A DNA stretch of 64,000 nt, taken from positions 192,001-256,000 of the forward strand of contig CAVPJU010000001.1 of NCBI GenBank assembly GCA_963705505.1, written 5' to 3'. The DNA is from an uncultured bacterium. Its GTDB lineage: Bacteria > Desulfobacterota_D > UBA1144 > Nemesobacterales > UBA2774. Under the pieces are notes generated by a model, which was not told where the DNA came from, ran no database searches, and worked only from the letters and a program-made list of their open reading frames with translations. The position numbers were made by a program, and so were the translations under genes. Positions 18,761 through 28,256 of this stretch are shown piece by piece. Each line of letters opens with the position of its first letter. Positions within the stretch are counted from its first letter, which is position 1.

Positions 18761-19693
18761 TCATCTGAAAGCGGACATTACCTCACCGGCAAAAAACCGG
18801 AGCGTGTCGCGGTTCATGATGTCCGAGAAAAAGACGGTATACTTCGTAATCCCTTTTTTCCGGTTCTCTTCTATCTTCCGTATGCACTGGTCGGGCGTCC
18901 CGACTATCCCTATTCTTTCTATATCCCCGAAGAACCCGTACCTCATCTGGGCCTTGGGGAGCTTTTCGGCAAGCTCTGCCTTGTCCTTTGCCAGAACGCA
19001 GACAGTCTGCTGAGATATTCTTATGTCGTCGGGGTTTCTGCCGATTGCGCGGCAGTGGCCCCTCAGCGCCTCGAGCTTCTTTCCGAATGCGTGTGTGTGA
19101 TTGGCCGGGCAGTTCCATTCATCGGCGAGCTCCGCTGCGACCCTGAGAAGGTGTTTTTCCCCCGCGCCGCCTACGATGACGGGAGGGTGCGGCTTCTGGA
19201 CAGGCTTCGGGTTGCAGTAAGCGTCCTGTATCCGGTAATAACTTCCGTTAAAACTGGGTTTCTCCTCAGTCCACATGGCCTTAATGATCCTGAGAGACTC
19301 GGATAGCTGCTTTATCCTGGTCACGGCGTCCGGGAACTCGTATCCGTAAGCACTGTACTCAGGCTCGAACCAGCCCGCTCCTATCGCGAACTCGAGCCTG
19401 CCCTTGCTTATGACATCGAGGGTCGATGCCATTTTCGCTAGCAGGGCCGGGGGTCTGAACGAGTTGCACAACACCATAGTCCCCAGCCTCACGTTGGAAG
19501 TGACTGTGGAGAGGGCGGACATGAGAGTCCAGGCTTCGTAAATGTCCAGGTCCACGCCGCCCATTCCCAGGATGTGGTCGTAGAACCAGACTGAGTGATA
19601 GCCGAGCTCGTCGCAGAGCTCTGCCGTCTCCCGAATCTCTCCGAATCCGATCTTCTGCTGGCGCAGCATAACGCCGAAGTCTATCCTGGGCAT
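18761..19693 (-). CDS. LLM-class (luciferase-like) oxidoreductase, probably F420- or flavin-dependent
   Basis: SVWFYDH, LAKMASTLDVISKGRL, GAGW and PKPVQKPHPPVIVGG motifs. Confidence 0.88.
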   Translation of the reverse strand: MPRIDFGVMLRQQKIGFGEIRETAELCDELGYHSVWFYDHILGMGGVDLDIYEAWTLMSALSTVTSNVRLGTMVLCNSFRPPALLAKMASTLDVISKGRLEFAIGAGWFEPEYSAYGYEFPDAVTRIKQLSESLRIIKAMWTEEKPSFNGSYYRIQDAYCNPKPVQKPHPPVIVGGAGEKHLLRVAAELADEWNCPANHTHAFGKKLEALRGHCRAIGRNPDDIRISQQTVCVLAKDKAELAEKLPKAQMRYGFFGDIERIGIVGTPDQCIRKIEENRKKGITKYTVFFSDIMNRDTLRFFAGEVMSAFR

Positions 19694-19849
19694 CTTTCCT
19701 TCCTCGCGCTCTTTAAATTGTAGGACGAATCACTTTAACAGAGTGAAATCAGGGATTCAAATCCTTCTTTATAAGTACGTTTCCCGGTTTGACACCATGT
19801 GTTATATACTATAACTTTAGTGGCCGATAAAGCAGGAGGACCAGGACTT

Positions 19850-20522
19850 ATGAAAAGCGGATTTTTAACTTTTTTCTCAGGCAAGAAATCGATTCAGTTC
19901 CGATTTATGACGGGCATACTTGTTTGTCGTGATGCTCGTTCCTGCGGTTTTTCTGACGTCCGGATGCAAGCAGGACAAGTCGAAGCCGGGACAGACTGAC
20001 AATGTAAAAAGCGAAGCAGAAGGAGGTAATCCGGTGGTTATCATGTCGACATCAAAAGGGGATATAAAGATCGAGCTCTTTAAGGATAAGGCTCCGATCA
20101 CCGTCGAGAACTTTTTATCGTATGTAAACGACGGCTTTTACGACGGGACTATATTTCACCGCGTTATACCGAACTTCATGATTCAGGGCGGAGGATTTAC
20201 ACCCGACTTGGATCAGAAGCCAACGAAGCAGCCGATAAAGAACGAGGCGACGAACGGGCTCAAGAACGAAAGGGGGACTCTGGCGATGGCCCGCACGCAG
20301 GTCGTGGACAGCGCCACGTCACAGTTTTTCATAAATCTCGTAGACAACAGCTTCCTCGATAACGGAATCAGGGATTACGGGTACGCCGTATTCGGCAAGG
20401 TAATCGGCGGCATGGACGTTGTGGACGCGATAGGCGCCGTCCAGACAGGGCACAAAGGCATGTACGGTGACGTCCCGCAGGAAGATGTGGTGATTAAGTC
20501 GGTTAAAATCGTTCAGCAATAG
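19850..20522 (+). CDS. ppiA: Cyclophilin-type peptidyl-prolyl isomerase, lipoprotein; probable +1 frameshift at about 19911-19925 in the signal peptide
   Basis: [22 protein letters not shown] and [10 protein letters not shown] motifs; LTSGC lipobox; AGGAGG-linked ATG at 19850 is one base out of frame. Confidence 0.88.
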
Positions 20523-20559
20523 AGAAGACGTTTTTTTATCGCAGTTCCCGTAAATCGGG

Positions 20560-21156
20560 CTAAAGCACTCCCCTGAAGCTCCGTCTGTGGATCGGGCAGG
20601 GGCCGTATTTTCTTATCGCTTCCATGTGTTCTCTGGTCGGATACCCTTTATGTGTCCTGAAATTGTATTCGGGATAGAGCTCGTGGTATTCATCCATTAA
20701 CTCGTCCCTTCTGACTTTGGCGAGTATCGACGCAGCGGCGATGGAGCAGCACCTAGAGTCTCCCTTTATTATCGTTTCCTGGGGTATGAGGAGTGACGTC
20801 CTTTGATTGCCGTCAATGAGGAGGAAGTCCGGTTTCCTCCCGAGCTTGTTAACGGCGATCTCCATCGCAAGCAGTGACGCCCTGAGGATGTTTATCCTGT
20901 CGATTTCTTCATGCTCGACTATACCGATTGCCAGCGCGAGGGCGGTAGAGATTATCCGCTCGAGAATTTCCACTCTCTGGTTGTGAGTTAGTTTCTTCGA
21001 ATCGTCGAGGCCGTCGAGCGTAAATACTTCGGGGAGGATTACGGCGGCCGCTACAACGGGTCCCGCAAGAGGCCCTCTCCCCGCTTCATCTACGCCCGCG
21101 GGTATTTTCCCCTTTGCCCAGATTCCTTTCTCTATCATAAGATCAGGGGGACTCAT
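20560..21156 (-). CDS. rnhB: Ribonuclease HII
   Basis: GVDEAGRGPLAGPV, DSKKL, LIDGN and HKGYPT motifs. Confidence 0.96.
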   Translation of the reverse strand: MSPPDLMIEKGIWAKGKIPAGVDEAGRGPLAGPVVAAAVILPEVFTLDGLDDSKKLTHNQRVEILERIISTALALAIGIVEHEEIDRINILRASLLAMEIAVNKLGRKPDFLLIDGNQRTSLLIPQETIIKGDSRCCSIAAASILAKVRRDELMDEYHELYPEYNFRTHKGYPTREHMEAIRKYGPCPIHRRSFRGVL

Positions 21157-21239
21157 ATGCTCCGTCGTCTGACCGCAAGCCCCGTAGTTTTAAATTAATG
21201 CGACTAAACCCAAACTCTCTTTTTATACAAACCTTCGTC

Positions 21240-22118
21240 TCAATTCAGGATACCGTAATCGGTGAGCGCAGTCCTGAGCTCTTCAAAATTCTTCTCGGAC
21301 ATCTGGCAGAGAGGAAGCCTGTATTCATAGGCGATTTTATCCATCATGCTGAGAGCGGCTTTAACCGGAATGGGGTTCGTTTCGAGAAAGAGCGCATCGT
21401 TCAACGGGAGGAGCCGGTAGTGGAGGTCCCTGGCCTTCTCGAATTCCCCTTTGGAAAAGAGGTTGTAGAGCTCGGCGACGTCCCTCGGGGCGACGTTCGC
21501 CGTAACCGTAATGAATCCCCTTGCGCCTATCGCGAGGAGCGGGAAATTAAGCGCGTCCTCGCCTGAATAGAGCAGAAAGTCCATCCCGCAGAGGTAGAGT
21601 ATCTTACTCGCCTGTGTGAGCGACCCGGAAGCCTCCTTTACCCCGATGATGTTCCTGCAATCCCTTGCCAGTCTCGCTATCGTTTCGGGATTCATGTTGA
21701 CGCCCGCCCGTCCGGGGATATTGTAGAGGATGAGCGGAATATGGACCTGGGATGCGATCTGTTTGAAGTGCAGGTAAAGCCCTTCCTGCGTAGGCTTGTT
21801 ATAATAGGGAACGACGAGGAGCGCCGCATCTGCCCCTATCTGCTCTGCGAACCTCGTGAGCCTGATCGCTTCCTTCGTGCTGTTTGAGCCCGTCCCCGCG
21901 ACTACCGGGACGCGTTTTTTGACCGCCTTGACCGTGAGCTCGATAACGTATTCATGCTCTTCGTGCGATAGAGTGGGGGATTCCCCTGTCGTGCCGCAGG
22001 GCACGATGCCGTGAGTGCCGTTTTCGATCTGGAATTCGATAAGCTGCTTAAGCGCGTCTTCGTCGATTTTCCCGTTTCTAAAGGGTGTCACTATGGCGAC
22101 TAGAGATCCGTAAATCAT
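21240..22118 (-). CDS. dapA: 4-hydroxy-tetrahydrodipicolinate synthase
   Basis: GTTGESPTL, YNIPGR, GVKEASG and ETNPIPVK motifs. Confidence 0.96.
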   Translation of the reverse strand: MIYGSLVAIVTPFRNGKIDEDALKQLIEFQIENGTHGIVPCGTTGESPTLSHEEHEYVIELTVKAVKKRVPVVAGTGSNSTKEAIRLTRFAEQIGADAALLVVPYYNKPTQEGLYLHFKQIASQVHIPLILYNIPGRAGVNMNPETIARLARDCRNIIGVKEASGSLTQASKILYLCGMDFLLYSGEDALNFPLLAIGARGFITVTANVAPRDVAELYNLFSKGEFEKARDLHYRLLPLNDALFLETNPIPVKAALSMMDKIAYEYRLPLCQMSEKNFEELRTALTDYGILN

Positions 22119-22242
22119 TTAAAACCTCCTTCGACTGGCTGCATTTCATTATATTGAAGCCGTGTTGTAAATCAAGAAAACCCAATACAAAGACTAAGAG
22201 GAGCGGAGAGACCCGGATTTAGCTTTCCGCGGGAATTGAATT

Positions 22243-22794
22243 TTATTCCGGGTTGTGGAGGTTGGCGCCGCAGTCCGAGCAAAAATGACTCCCACGGAGA
22301 ATCCTGCTCCCGCATTTACCGCAGTACATAAACTCGTCATCTATCATATTTTTTAACACGTCCCTCGCGTTCCCTATAGCTTCATTGATGGTTTCTTCGA
22401 GCTTCGCGCAGTGGTTTGAAGCATGTCTCGGGAATTCTATAATATCTTCGTGTCCGGGAGAGTTAATGGTGAGCTTAGGCTCGGAATTGTCGAGCTCAAA
22501 ATAGATTTGTGTAATGCCCGCGAGAGGAATGTCCCTGAACCTCTTAAACCCGGATGAATTTCTGGCGATTATTATCCTATGGCTCGTGAGAATGAACCAC
22601 GAGTTAAAGTACGTGTTGCTGTCCACAAATCTGGGGGCTTTGTATATGGCCCTCCAATCGAGGAGCGTGACGAGGATGCTCTCTTCCTCTTTGAGGTATT
22701 TCTCGACCCCTCTCCTGATCCCCTGAGGGAGCTCGGAGTAGTTCCTCGTCTCGAACATGCTCATGAGGCTTTTCACCGCGTCGGCTATTGCCAT
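22243..22794 (-). CDS. Bacterial PH-like domain protein with C-terminal zinc ribbon
   Basis: FILTSHRIII PH-like core; CGKCG...FCSDCG; ATG overlaps the asd stop (TAATG). Confidence 0.7.
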   Translation of the reverse strand: MAIADAVKSLMSMFETRNYSELPQGIRRGVEKYLKEEESILVTLLDWRAIYKAPRFVDSNTYFNSWFILTSHRIIIARNSSGFKRFRDIPLAGITQIYFELDNSEPKLTINSPGHEDIIEFPRHASNHCAKLEETINEAIGNARDVLKNMIDDEFMYCGKCGSRILRGSHFCSDCGANLHNPE

Positions 22795-23816
22795 TACATG
22801 TAGTCCCTTATGAGGAGCTCCGCGATCTGAATAGCGTTGAGCGCGGCTCCTTTTCTCAGCTGGTCTCCCACGACCCAGAAGCTTAGACCTGCGGGTACAG
22901 TATAATCCTCCCTTATCCTCCCCACAAGGCATTCGTCCCTCCCAGCGGCATCGATCGGCATCGGGTACTTCAGATTCTGCGGCTCGTCGACCACCTTCAC
23001 ACCGGGGAATTTGCCTAGGGCTTCCCTCGCCTCTTTGATCGTTATCCTCTTTTCGGTCTCTATGTTGACCGAAACCGAATGTGCCCTGAATACGGGTACC
23101 CTCACCGTCGTTGCGGTCACCGCTATAATGTCGTCTTCCAGGATTTTGCGGGTTTCGTTATGGAGCTTCATTTCCTCCTTCGTGTAGCCGTTCTCGAGGA
23201 AGCTGTCGATGTGGGGGAGGAGATTGAATGCGATCTGGTGCGGGAATGTCTTCGGATGAATCTCTTCCGAATTCGCCCACGCGAGCGTCTGTCTGCGAAG
23301 CTCCTCGATCGCCTGAGCACCCGCCCCCGAGACGGCCTGGTAGCTCGATGCGACTACCCTCTTAATCCTGGCCAGATCGTGCAGCGGCTTCAAGGCCATG
23401 ACCGTGACTGCAGTAGTGCAGTTGGGGTTCGCGATGATACCCCTTTTTTTGTATCCAGCGATTGCATGGGGGTTTATTTCGGGCACCACGAGCGGTACGT
23501 CCTCTTCCATACGGAAAGCGGAGCTGTTATCGATGACGACGGCCCCCGCGTCCACCGCAGCAGGGGCGAATTCCTTGCTCCTCGACCCTCCCGCGGAGAA
23601 GAGAGCTATATCTATCCCGCCGAAGGAGTTTTCGTCGAGTTTTTTTATTTCTATCCTGCTCCCGTTATGTTCAAGTTCCTTTCCTGCGGACCTTTCGGAC
23701 GCAAGCAGCGTGAGCTCTTTGAGGGGGAAGTTCCTTTCCCTGAGTATATCCATCATTTCCTGTCCCACTGCTCCCGTCGCGCCCACTATTGCGACGTTAT
23801 AACCGTCACTTTTCAT
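22794..23816 (-). CDS. asd: Aspartate-semialdehyde dehydrogenase
   Basis: GATGAVG, NPNCTT, YQAVSGAG and DQLRKGAALNA motifs. Confidence 0.96.
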   Translation of the reverse strand: MKSDGYNVAIVGATGAVGQEMMDILRERNFPLKELTLLASERSAGKELEHNGSRIEIKKLDENSFGGIDIALFSAGGSRSKEFAPAAVDAGAVVIDNSSAFRMEEDVPLVVPEINPHAIAGYKKRGIIANPNCTTAVTVMALKPLHDLARIKRVVASSYQAVSGAGAQAIEELRRQTLAWANSEEIHPKTFPHQIAFNLLPHIDSFLENGYTKEEMKLHNETRKILEDDIIAVTATTVRVPVFRAHSVSVNIETEKRITIKEAREALGKFPGVKVVDEPQNLKYPMPIDAAGRDECLVGRIREDYTVPAGLSFWVVGDQLRKGAALNAIQIAELLIRDYM

Positions 23817-23859
23817 TTCTTCTCTTCCTCCGGATTGAATTGCGCAGTACCGGCGTGCA

Positions 23860-24303
23860 TTACCGGCAATATTTTTTTTCGATCTTGCTTACCTTCTCAA
23901 TGTTCGGCTTCTCGTTCTCTTCCGGGGCGGCGCTCAGCCAGGCGTCGAGCATTTCCTTCGCCACCACAGGGGAAGTCGTCCTGAGACTCATGGCCAGTAC
24001 GTTGGCGTCGTTCCATTTCCTCGCCCCTTCCGCGGTCTTGGCGTCCCAGCATAGGGCGGCTCTGATTCCGGGCACCTTGTTTGCGGCTATGCTTACCCCC
24101 GTCCCTGTCCAGCAGAAGAGTATGCCCTGATCGCAGGCTCCTTCCCTCACCCTCTCGGAAACCTTTTCGGCCACATCCGTCCACTCGAGCTTCTCGCCCT
24201 TAAGCGGTCCGTGGAGCTCGACGTCGATCCCCTTTTTCCTGAGCTCTTCAACTACGAAATCCGTTAAGTGCGTACGCTCATCGCTTCCGACGGCTATCTT
24301 CAT
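23860..24303 (-). CDS. rpiB: RpiB/LacA/LacB family sugar-phosphate isomerase
   Basis: CWTGTGVSIAANKVPGIRAA and NDANVL motifs. Confidence 0.85.
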   Translation of the reverse strand: MKIAVGSDERTHLTDFVVEELRKKGIDVELHGPLKGEKLEWTDVAEKVSERVREGACDQGILFCWTGTGVSIAANKVPGIRAALCWDAKTAEGARKWNDANVLAMSLRTTSPVVAKEMLDAWLSAAPEENEKPNIEKVSKIEKKYCR

Positions 24304-24418
24304 TTGACCGGCCTTCTACCTTTCTTTCTCAAGTATTTTAAATGTGTTGCGGCCGGGCTTCAAGCTCAGGATGGTAAATACTCAATCATTGCCGGTGAGA
24401 AAGCCTCTTTCTTCGGTT

Positions 24419-24748
24419 TCAGCTCCGATACTTTATTACCTTGACCTTCTCCATCGTGACGATGCCGTTCGTTACGCTTTCGTCGAGATAGGGGAGGAGC
24501 TTCTTGATATTCTCTTCGTCGTCCACTATTTCTATTATTATAGGCAGGTCCTCGGACAGGCGGAGGATCTTTGCCGTGTGTATTTTACTGTTTGCGCCGT
24601 ACCCCATGATACCCCTTAAAACCGTTGTGCCGGCTATATGGAGCTCCCTCGCCGTGTATACGATATGTTCATATAGGGCCTTACCCTTGTAGCTGTCGCT
24701 CTCTCCGATAAAGATCCTGAGGAGCACCTCCTCTTTAAAAATGTTCAT
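24419..24748 (-). CDS. DUF190 (PII-like) protein
   Basis: LRIFIGESD, GTTVLRGIMGYG and LSEDLPIIIEIVD motifs; usual partner of crcB. Confidence 0.9.
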   Translation of the reverse strand: MNIFKEEVLLRIFIGESDSYKGKALYEHIVYTARELHIAGTTVLRGIMGYGANSKIHTAKILRLSEDLPIIIEIVDDEENIKKLLPYLDESVTNGIVTMEKVKVIKYRS

Positions 24749-24757
24749 CTGTATCTC

Positions 24758-25144
24758 TTACCTCCCAATGCTGAACAGCAACCTTGCCGCGATAAATCCC
24801 AGAAATACCATACCCAGGCCGAGTATGTTGCTTCCGAGAATATTTAAGAGCGCGTAGCCTAGCTCCTTCTCTCTCAGGAGATTGAAGGTCTCGAGACCAT
24901 ATGTGGAGAAAGTCGTATAAGCTCCTATTATCCCAATGAATATAAACGACCTCATATGCGGCGAAAAGGAAAGGTTTTCGAACATCTGCCAGAGAAAGCC
25001 TATCGCCAGGCAGCCGCTGAGATTTACGACCAGGGTTCCCCAGGGAAAAGCTCCGCTGGCATAGTTATGAACAAAGCCGGATACCGAATACCTCAGCAGG
25101 GCTCCGGCTGCGCCTCCTATGGCAATGAATATTAGATTCGACAT
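24758..25144 (-). CDS. crcB: Fluoride channel Fluc
   Basis: GGAAGALLRY, FPWGTLVVN and GAYTTFST motifs. Confidence 0.93.
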   Translation of the reverse strand: MSNLIFIAIGGAAGALLRYSVSGFVHNYASGAFPWGTLVVNLSGCLAIGFLWQMFENLSFSPHMRSFIFIGIIGAYTTFSTYGLETFNLLREKELGYALLNILGSNILGLGMVFLGFIAARLLFSIGR

Positions 25145-25279
25145 TGTAGCTCCCGGATTTGAATATATCAGAATCGTATGGAGGAAAATGATAACATACA
25201 AATTTTATTTGTACCTTTATGGAATTTAGCCGTTAATTAAAGTAATTTTAAGTTCCTGGAGGGATTTGACCATTTAATC

Positions 25280-26050
25280 ATGTCCTGGGACCCCGAGCTT
25301 TATCATAAGTTTCAAGCCGAGAGATTCGCGCCGTTCGAGGACCTGCTGAATTTGGTCGTTGCCGGTGAAGGGCTCAGGGTGATCGATCTGGGGTGCGGTA
25401 CGGGCGAGCTGACCTCCATGCTGGCCGACCGTCTGCCCGGGAGCGACGTTCTGGGGATCGATTCCTCTCCCGAGATGCTCGAGCAGGCGAAATCGAAAGA
25501 GAGGCCCGGACTCAGATTCGAGCTGAGGGCGATAGAAGACATAACCGGCGAGTGGGACCTTGTATTTTCAAACGCTGCGATACATTGGGTGGAAAACCAC
25601 AATCAATTGATACCGAGGCTGTTTTCCGCGGTAAGTCCGGGCGGACAGCTCGCGGTCCAGCTTCCGTCTAACCATAACCACGAATCCCAGATATTGATAC
25701 ATGAAATAGTGAAGGAAGCCCCGTTTGAAACCGCGCTAAAGGGGTGGTCCAGAAAATCTCCCGTACTATCGATAAATGTGTACGCCGAACTTCTATATAT
25801 ATGCGGCGGTATGAACATAAATGTCTTTGAGAAGGTGTTCCCTCACGTATTGAGGGATACGGATGCCGTTACGGACTGGCTTTCAGGTACCGTGCTGCGG
25901 CCTTATTTTGAACGTCTTTCCGGGAAGCTCCGCAAGCAGTTCATGGACAGATACAGGAAAAGGTTGAGGGAGATATACCCTTCCGATCCCGTTTTCTATC
26001 CTTTCAGGCGTATATTCTTTTCAGCGATGAAAACAAATTTACAGGGTTAG
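25280..26050 (+). CDS. tam: Trans-aconitate 2-methyltransferase-like SAM methyltransferase
   Basis: WDPELY, DLGCGTG, SNAAIHWV, GGQLAVQLP and YPFRRIF motifs. Confidence 0.8.
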   Translation: MSWDPELYHKFQAERFAPFEDLLNLVVAGEGLRVIDLGCGTGELTSMLADRLPGSDVLGIDSSPEMLEQAKSKERPGLRFELRAIEDITGEWDLVFSNAAIHWVENHNQLIPRLFSAVSPGGQLAVQLPSNHNHESQILIHEIVKEAPFETALKGWSRKSPVLSINVYAELLYICGGMNINVFEKVFPHVLRDTDAVTDWLSGTVLRPYFERLSGKLRKQFMDRYRKRLREIYPSDPVFYPFRRIFFSAMKTNLQG

Positions 26051-26135
26051 AAATTATCAATCTGGGACTATTAGAGTATTGAATTGCGGAGTCTTAATAT
26101 AATTTACGACAGAGGATGTAAGAAAGGAGATACCG

Positions 26136-26804
26136 ATGCCGGTGAAGAGATTTTCTAAAAGAGAGGCGATAGAGTTCGGGTGGCGGACAATGAGAGCCAA
26201 TCTCGGTTTGTTCATCGTATTTATGCTGATCTCGTTATTGGCCGGCTCCTTTTTCAGCGGGTTCGCCGGTTTATTTGAAAAACGATTGCCTTTGTTCTCG
26301 ACTATTTTCAACCTGGGTTATATCTTTCTGACTATCGCGATAAATATAGTCGGCATAAAAATAGCCTTGAAGTTCTGCGATAACGACGAAAGAGAAATTG
26401 CGCAAGTTATATCCTTTACCCCTTCGCTGTTTTTGAGGTTTGCGGGCGGCTATATCTTATATAGTCTCCTGGTTGCGGCGGGTTTCATATTATTGATAGT
26501 CCCGGGAGTTATCTGGATGGTCAAGTATCAGTACGTAATCTATTTCATCACGGACAGGGATATGGAGATAGGCGAGGCGTTTAAGAGGAGCTCCGAAATT
26601 ACAAACGGAGTGAAGTGGGAGCTTTTCGCTTTTTTAATATTATTATCATTGATTAACCTGGCCGGCGTTATCTGTTTCTTCGTGGGCTTATTGGTTACCA
26701 TTCCCGTTACTATGGTCGCAATGGCATACGTTTATAGAAAGTTGTCAGGCACGTCGGCGGCCGATACGGTGAACCCCTTTCAAGCGCCCGGGCATGCAGG
26801 CTGA
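26136..26804 (+). CDS. Integral membrane protein (DUF975-like)
   Basis: Several TM segments; LLIVPGVI and EAFKRSSEITNG-KW motifs. Confidence 0.7.
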   Translation: MPVKRFSKREAIEFGWRTMRANLGLFIVFMLISLLAGSFFSGFAGLFEKRLPLFSTIFNLGYIFLTIAINIVGIKIALKFCDNDEREIAQVISFTPSLFLRFAGGYILYSLLVAAGFILLIVPGVIWMVKYQYVIYFITDRDMEIGEAFKRSSEITNGVKWELFAFLILLSLINLAGVICFFVGLLVTIPVTMVAMAYVYRKLSGTSAADTVNPFQAPGHAG

Positions 26805-26833
26805 ATATGACCGGAAAGGAGTAAATTCGGGTA

Positions 26834-27280
26834 ATGGGTAAGGTTTACAGACACACGCAAATAGGGTACTTGATGATTTTTGTCGTCGGTAGCGGCCTCT
26901 ATCTATTATTGAACTTTTTCTATCTTCACGGGTTCAATATCTTTTTTGTCGCCGTTTTTGCATTACTGGCGGTTTGCCTGTTATTGTTCGCCGCTTTGAC
27001 TGTCACAGTCGACGGTCAAAATCTTTCCATTCGTTTCGGCATAGGGATCATCCGCAAGAAGTTCCCGGTGAGAGAGATCGACTCGACCGAGGTAGTCAGG
27101 AATCCCTGGTACTACGGGTGGGGGATTAGGAAGACGCCCGACGGCTGGCTCTATAACGTGTCCGGGTTGCTCGCGGTCGAGCTCCGGATGAAGAACGGAG
27201 AAAAATACCGGGTCGGCACAAACGATCCCCTTGGTTTGAGAGAGGCTCTCGAGGGGGTTATGGCCGAGAAACGGGGCTGA
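26834..27280 (+). CDS. Conserved membrane protein with two TM helices and a PH-like C-terminus
   Basis: YRHTQIG, WYYGWGIR, YNVSG and VGTNDP motifs. Confidence 0.7.
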   Translation: MGKVYRHTQIGYLMIFVVGSGLYLLLNFFYLHGFNIFFVAVFALLAVCLLLFAALTVTVDGQNLSIRFGIGIIRKKFPVREIDSTEVVRNPWYYGWGIRKTPDGWLYNVSGLLAVELRMKNGEKYRVGTNDPLGLREALEGVMAEKRG

Positions 27281-27293
27281 GGCGGAATCTATT

Positions 27294-27854
27294 ATGAACG
27301 ACCAATTCAAACTCAGGGTGACAAGCGATCTCGAGCTTGAGCTCCTTTGCGACGACCACGCGCAGGAGTTATTCGATTTGACGGCCGACAACCGGGAGCA
27401 TCTCCGTAAATGGCTCCCGTGGCTCGACAGCAACAAGTATCTTCAGAATACCGTCGATTTCATAACATACAGCAGGAAACAGTATGAAGAGAATAACGGA
27501 TTACAGTTATGTATCCGTTATAGGGGGAAATTGAGCGGGATGATCGGTTTTCACAGGGTCGACTGGCTCAATCATTCGACCGGTATCGGATACTGGCTCG
27601 CTGAAAATTATCAGGGAAAGGGGATTATCACCCGGTCATGCGTTTGCATTCTGGAATACGCTTTCGGCAATCTTGGCTTAAACCGTGTGGAGATCAGGTG
27701 CGCGACTGAAAATATGAAGAGCAGGGCTATCCCGGAGAGGCTCGGTTTTAAGGAAGAGGGCATCATACGGCAGGCCGAATGGCTCTACGACCACTACGTC
27801 GACCATGTCGTTTACGGAATGCTGAGGGAAGAATGGGCAGCCCGGGGACTATGA
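27294..27854 (+). CDS. RimJ/RimL-family GNAT N-acetyltransferase
   Basis: REHLRKWLPW, IGYWLAENYQGKG and SRAIPERLGF motifs. Confidence 0.9.
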   Translation: MNDQFKLRVTSDLELELLCDDHAQELFDLTADNREHLRKWLPWLDSNKYLQNTVDFITYSRKQYEENNGLQLCIRYRGKLSGMIGFHRVDWLNHSTGIGYWLAENYQGKGIITRSCVCILEYAFGNLGLNRVEIRCATENMKSRAIPERLGFKEEGIIRQAEWLYDHYVDHVVYGMLREEWAARGL

Positions 27855-27892
27855 ATTTCAATACTTTAACTTACTGGAATCCCGGTATATAT

Positions 27893-27932
27893 AAAAACCC
27901 TCCTAAATCCTGTGAAGGAAGTAGGAGGGTTT
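27893..27932 (-). terminator. Intrinsic terminator hairpin, possibly bidirectional
   Basis: AAACCCTCCTA...TAGGAGGGTTT inverted repeat with inner TCCT/AGGA stem; T-tract on the minus strand. Confidence 0.65.
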
Positions 27933-27962
27933 AAGAGAAGCAAAAGGCAAGATGTAGTTAAG

Positions 27963-28043
27963 CTATGCGAACAATGCTAAGAATAATCCGGCAAATAAAA
28001 CCGAATATAAAGCCAAATCTGCAAATCCGTATTTTTTATTCAT
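27963..28043 (-). CDS. 26-aa hydrophobic small protein, not in the ORF track
   Basis: GGAGG RBS 8 nt upstream; MNKKYGFADLALYSVLFAGLFLALFA; followed by a terminator. Confidence 0.55.
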   Translation of the reverse strand: MNKKYGFADLALYSVLFAGLFLALFA

Positions 28044-28256
28044 ATATCCATCCTCCACAAACATGATATTCTATTAACGCATAGCCCATCAAGTCTTAAT
28101 TTCTTATAGAATAAAAGGTTTATTGATCGGATTGCTATCCTACAATGGTCTTAATACTAAAGTATTGGATTCTCCACGCAATTCCAAATAATCGTTCAGA
28201 ACCGGAATGAGTCGTACTAAGCAATGCCGTTAAGAATATGAGATACCCGCTTGGGG

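Noticed and set aside
22119..22242. Lysine riboswitch before dapA
   Set aside because: Spacer too short and lacks the L-box consensus.
25145..25279. Fluoride riboswitch upstream of crcB
   Set aside because: No GGCGATGG...GCTRATGAC-like consensus visible on the minus strand; the region looks like AT-rich divergent promoter DNA.
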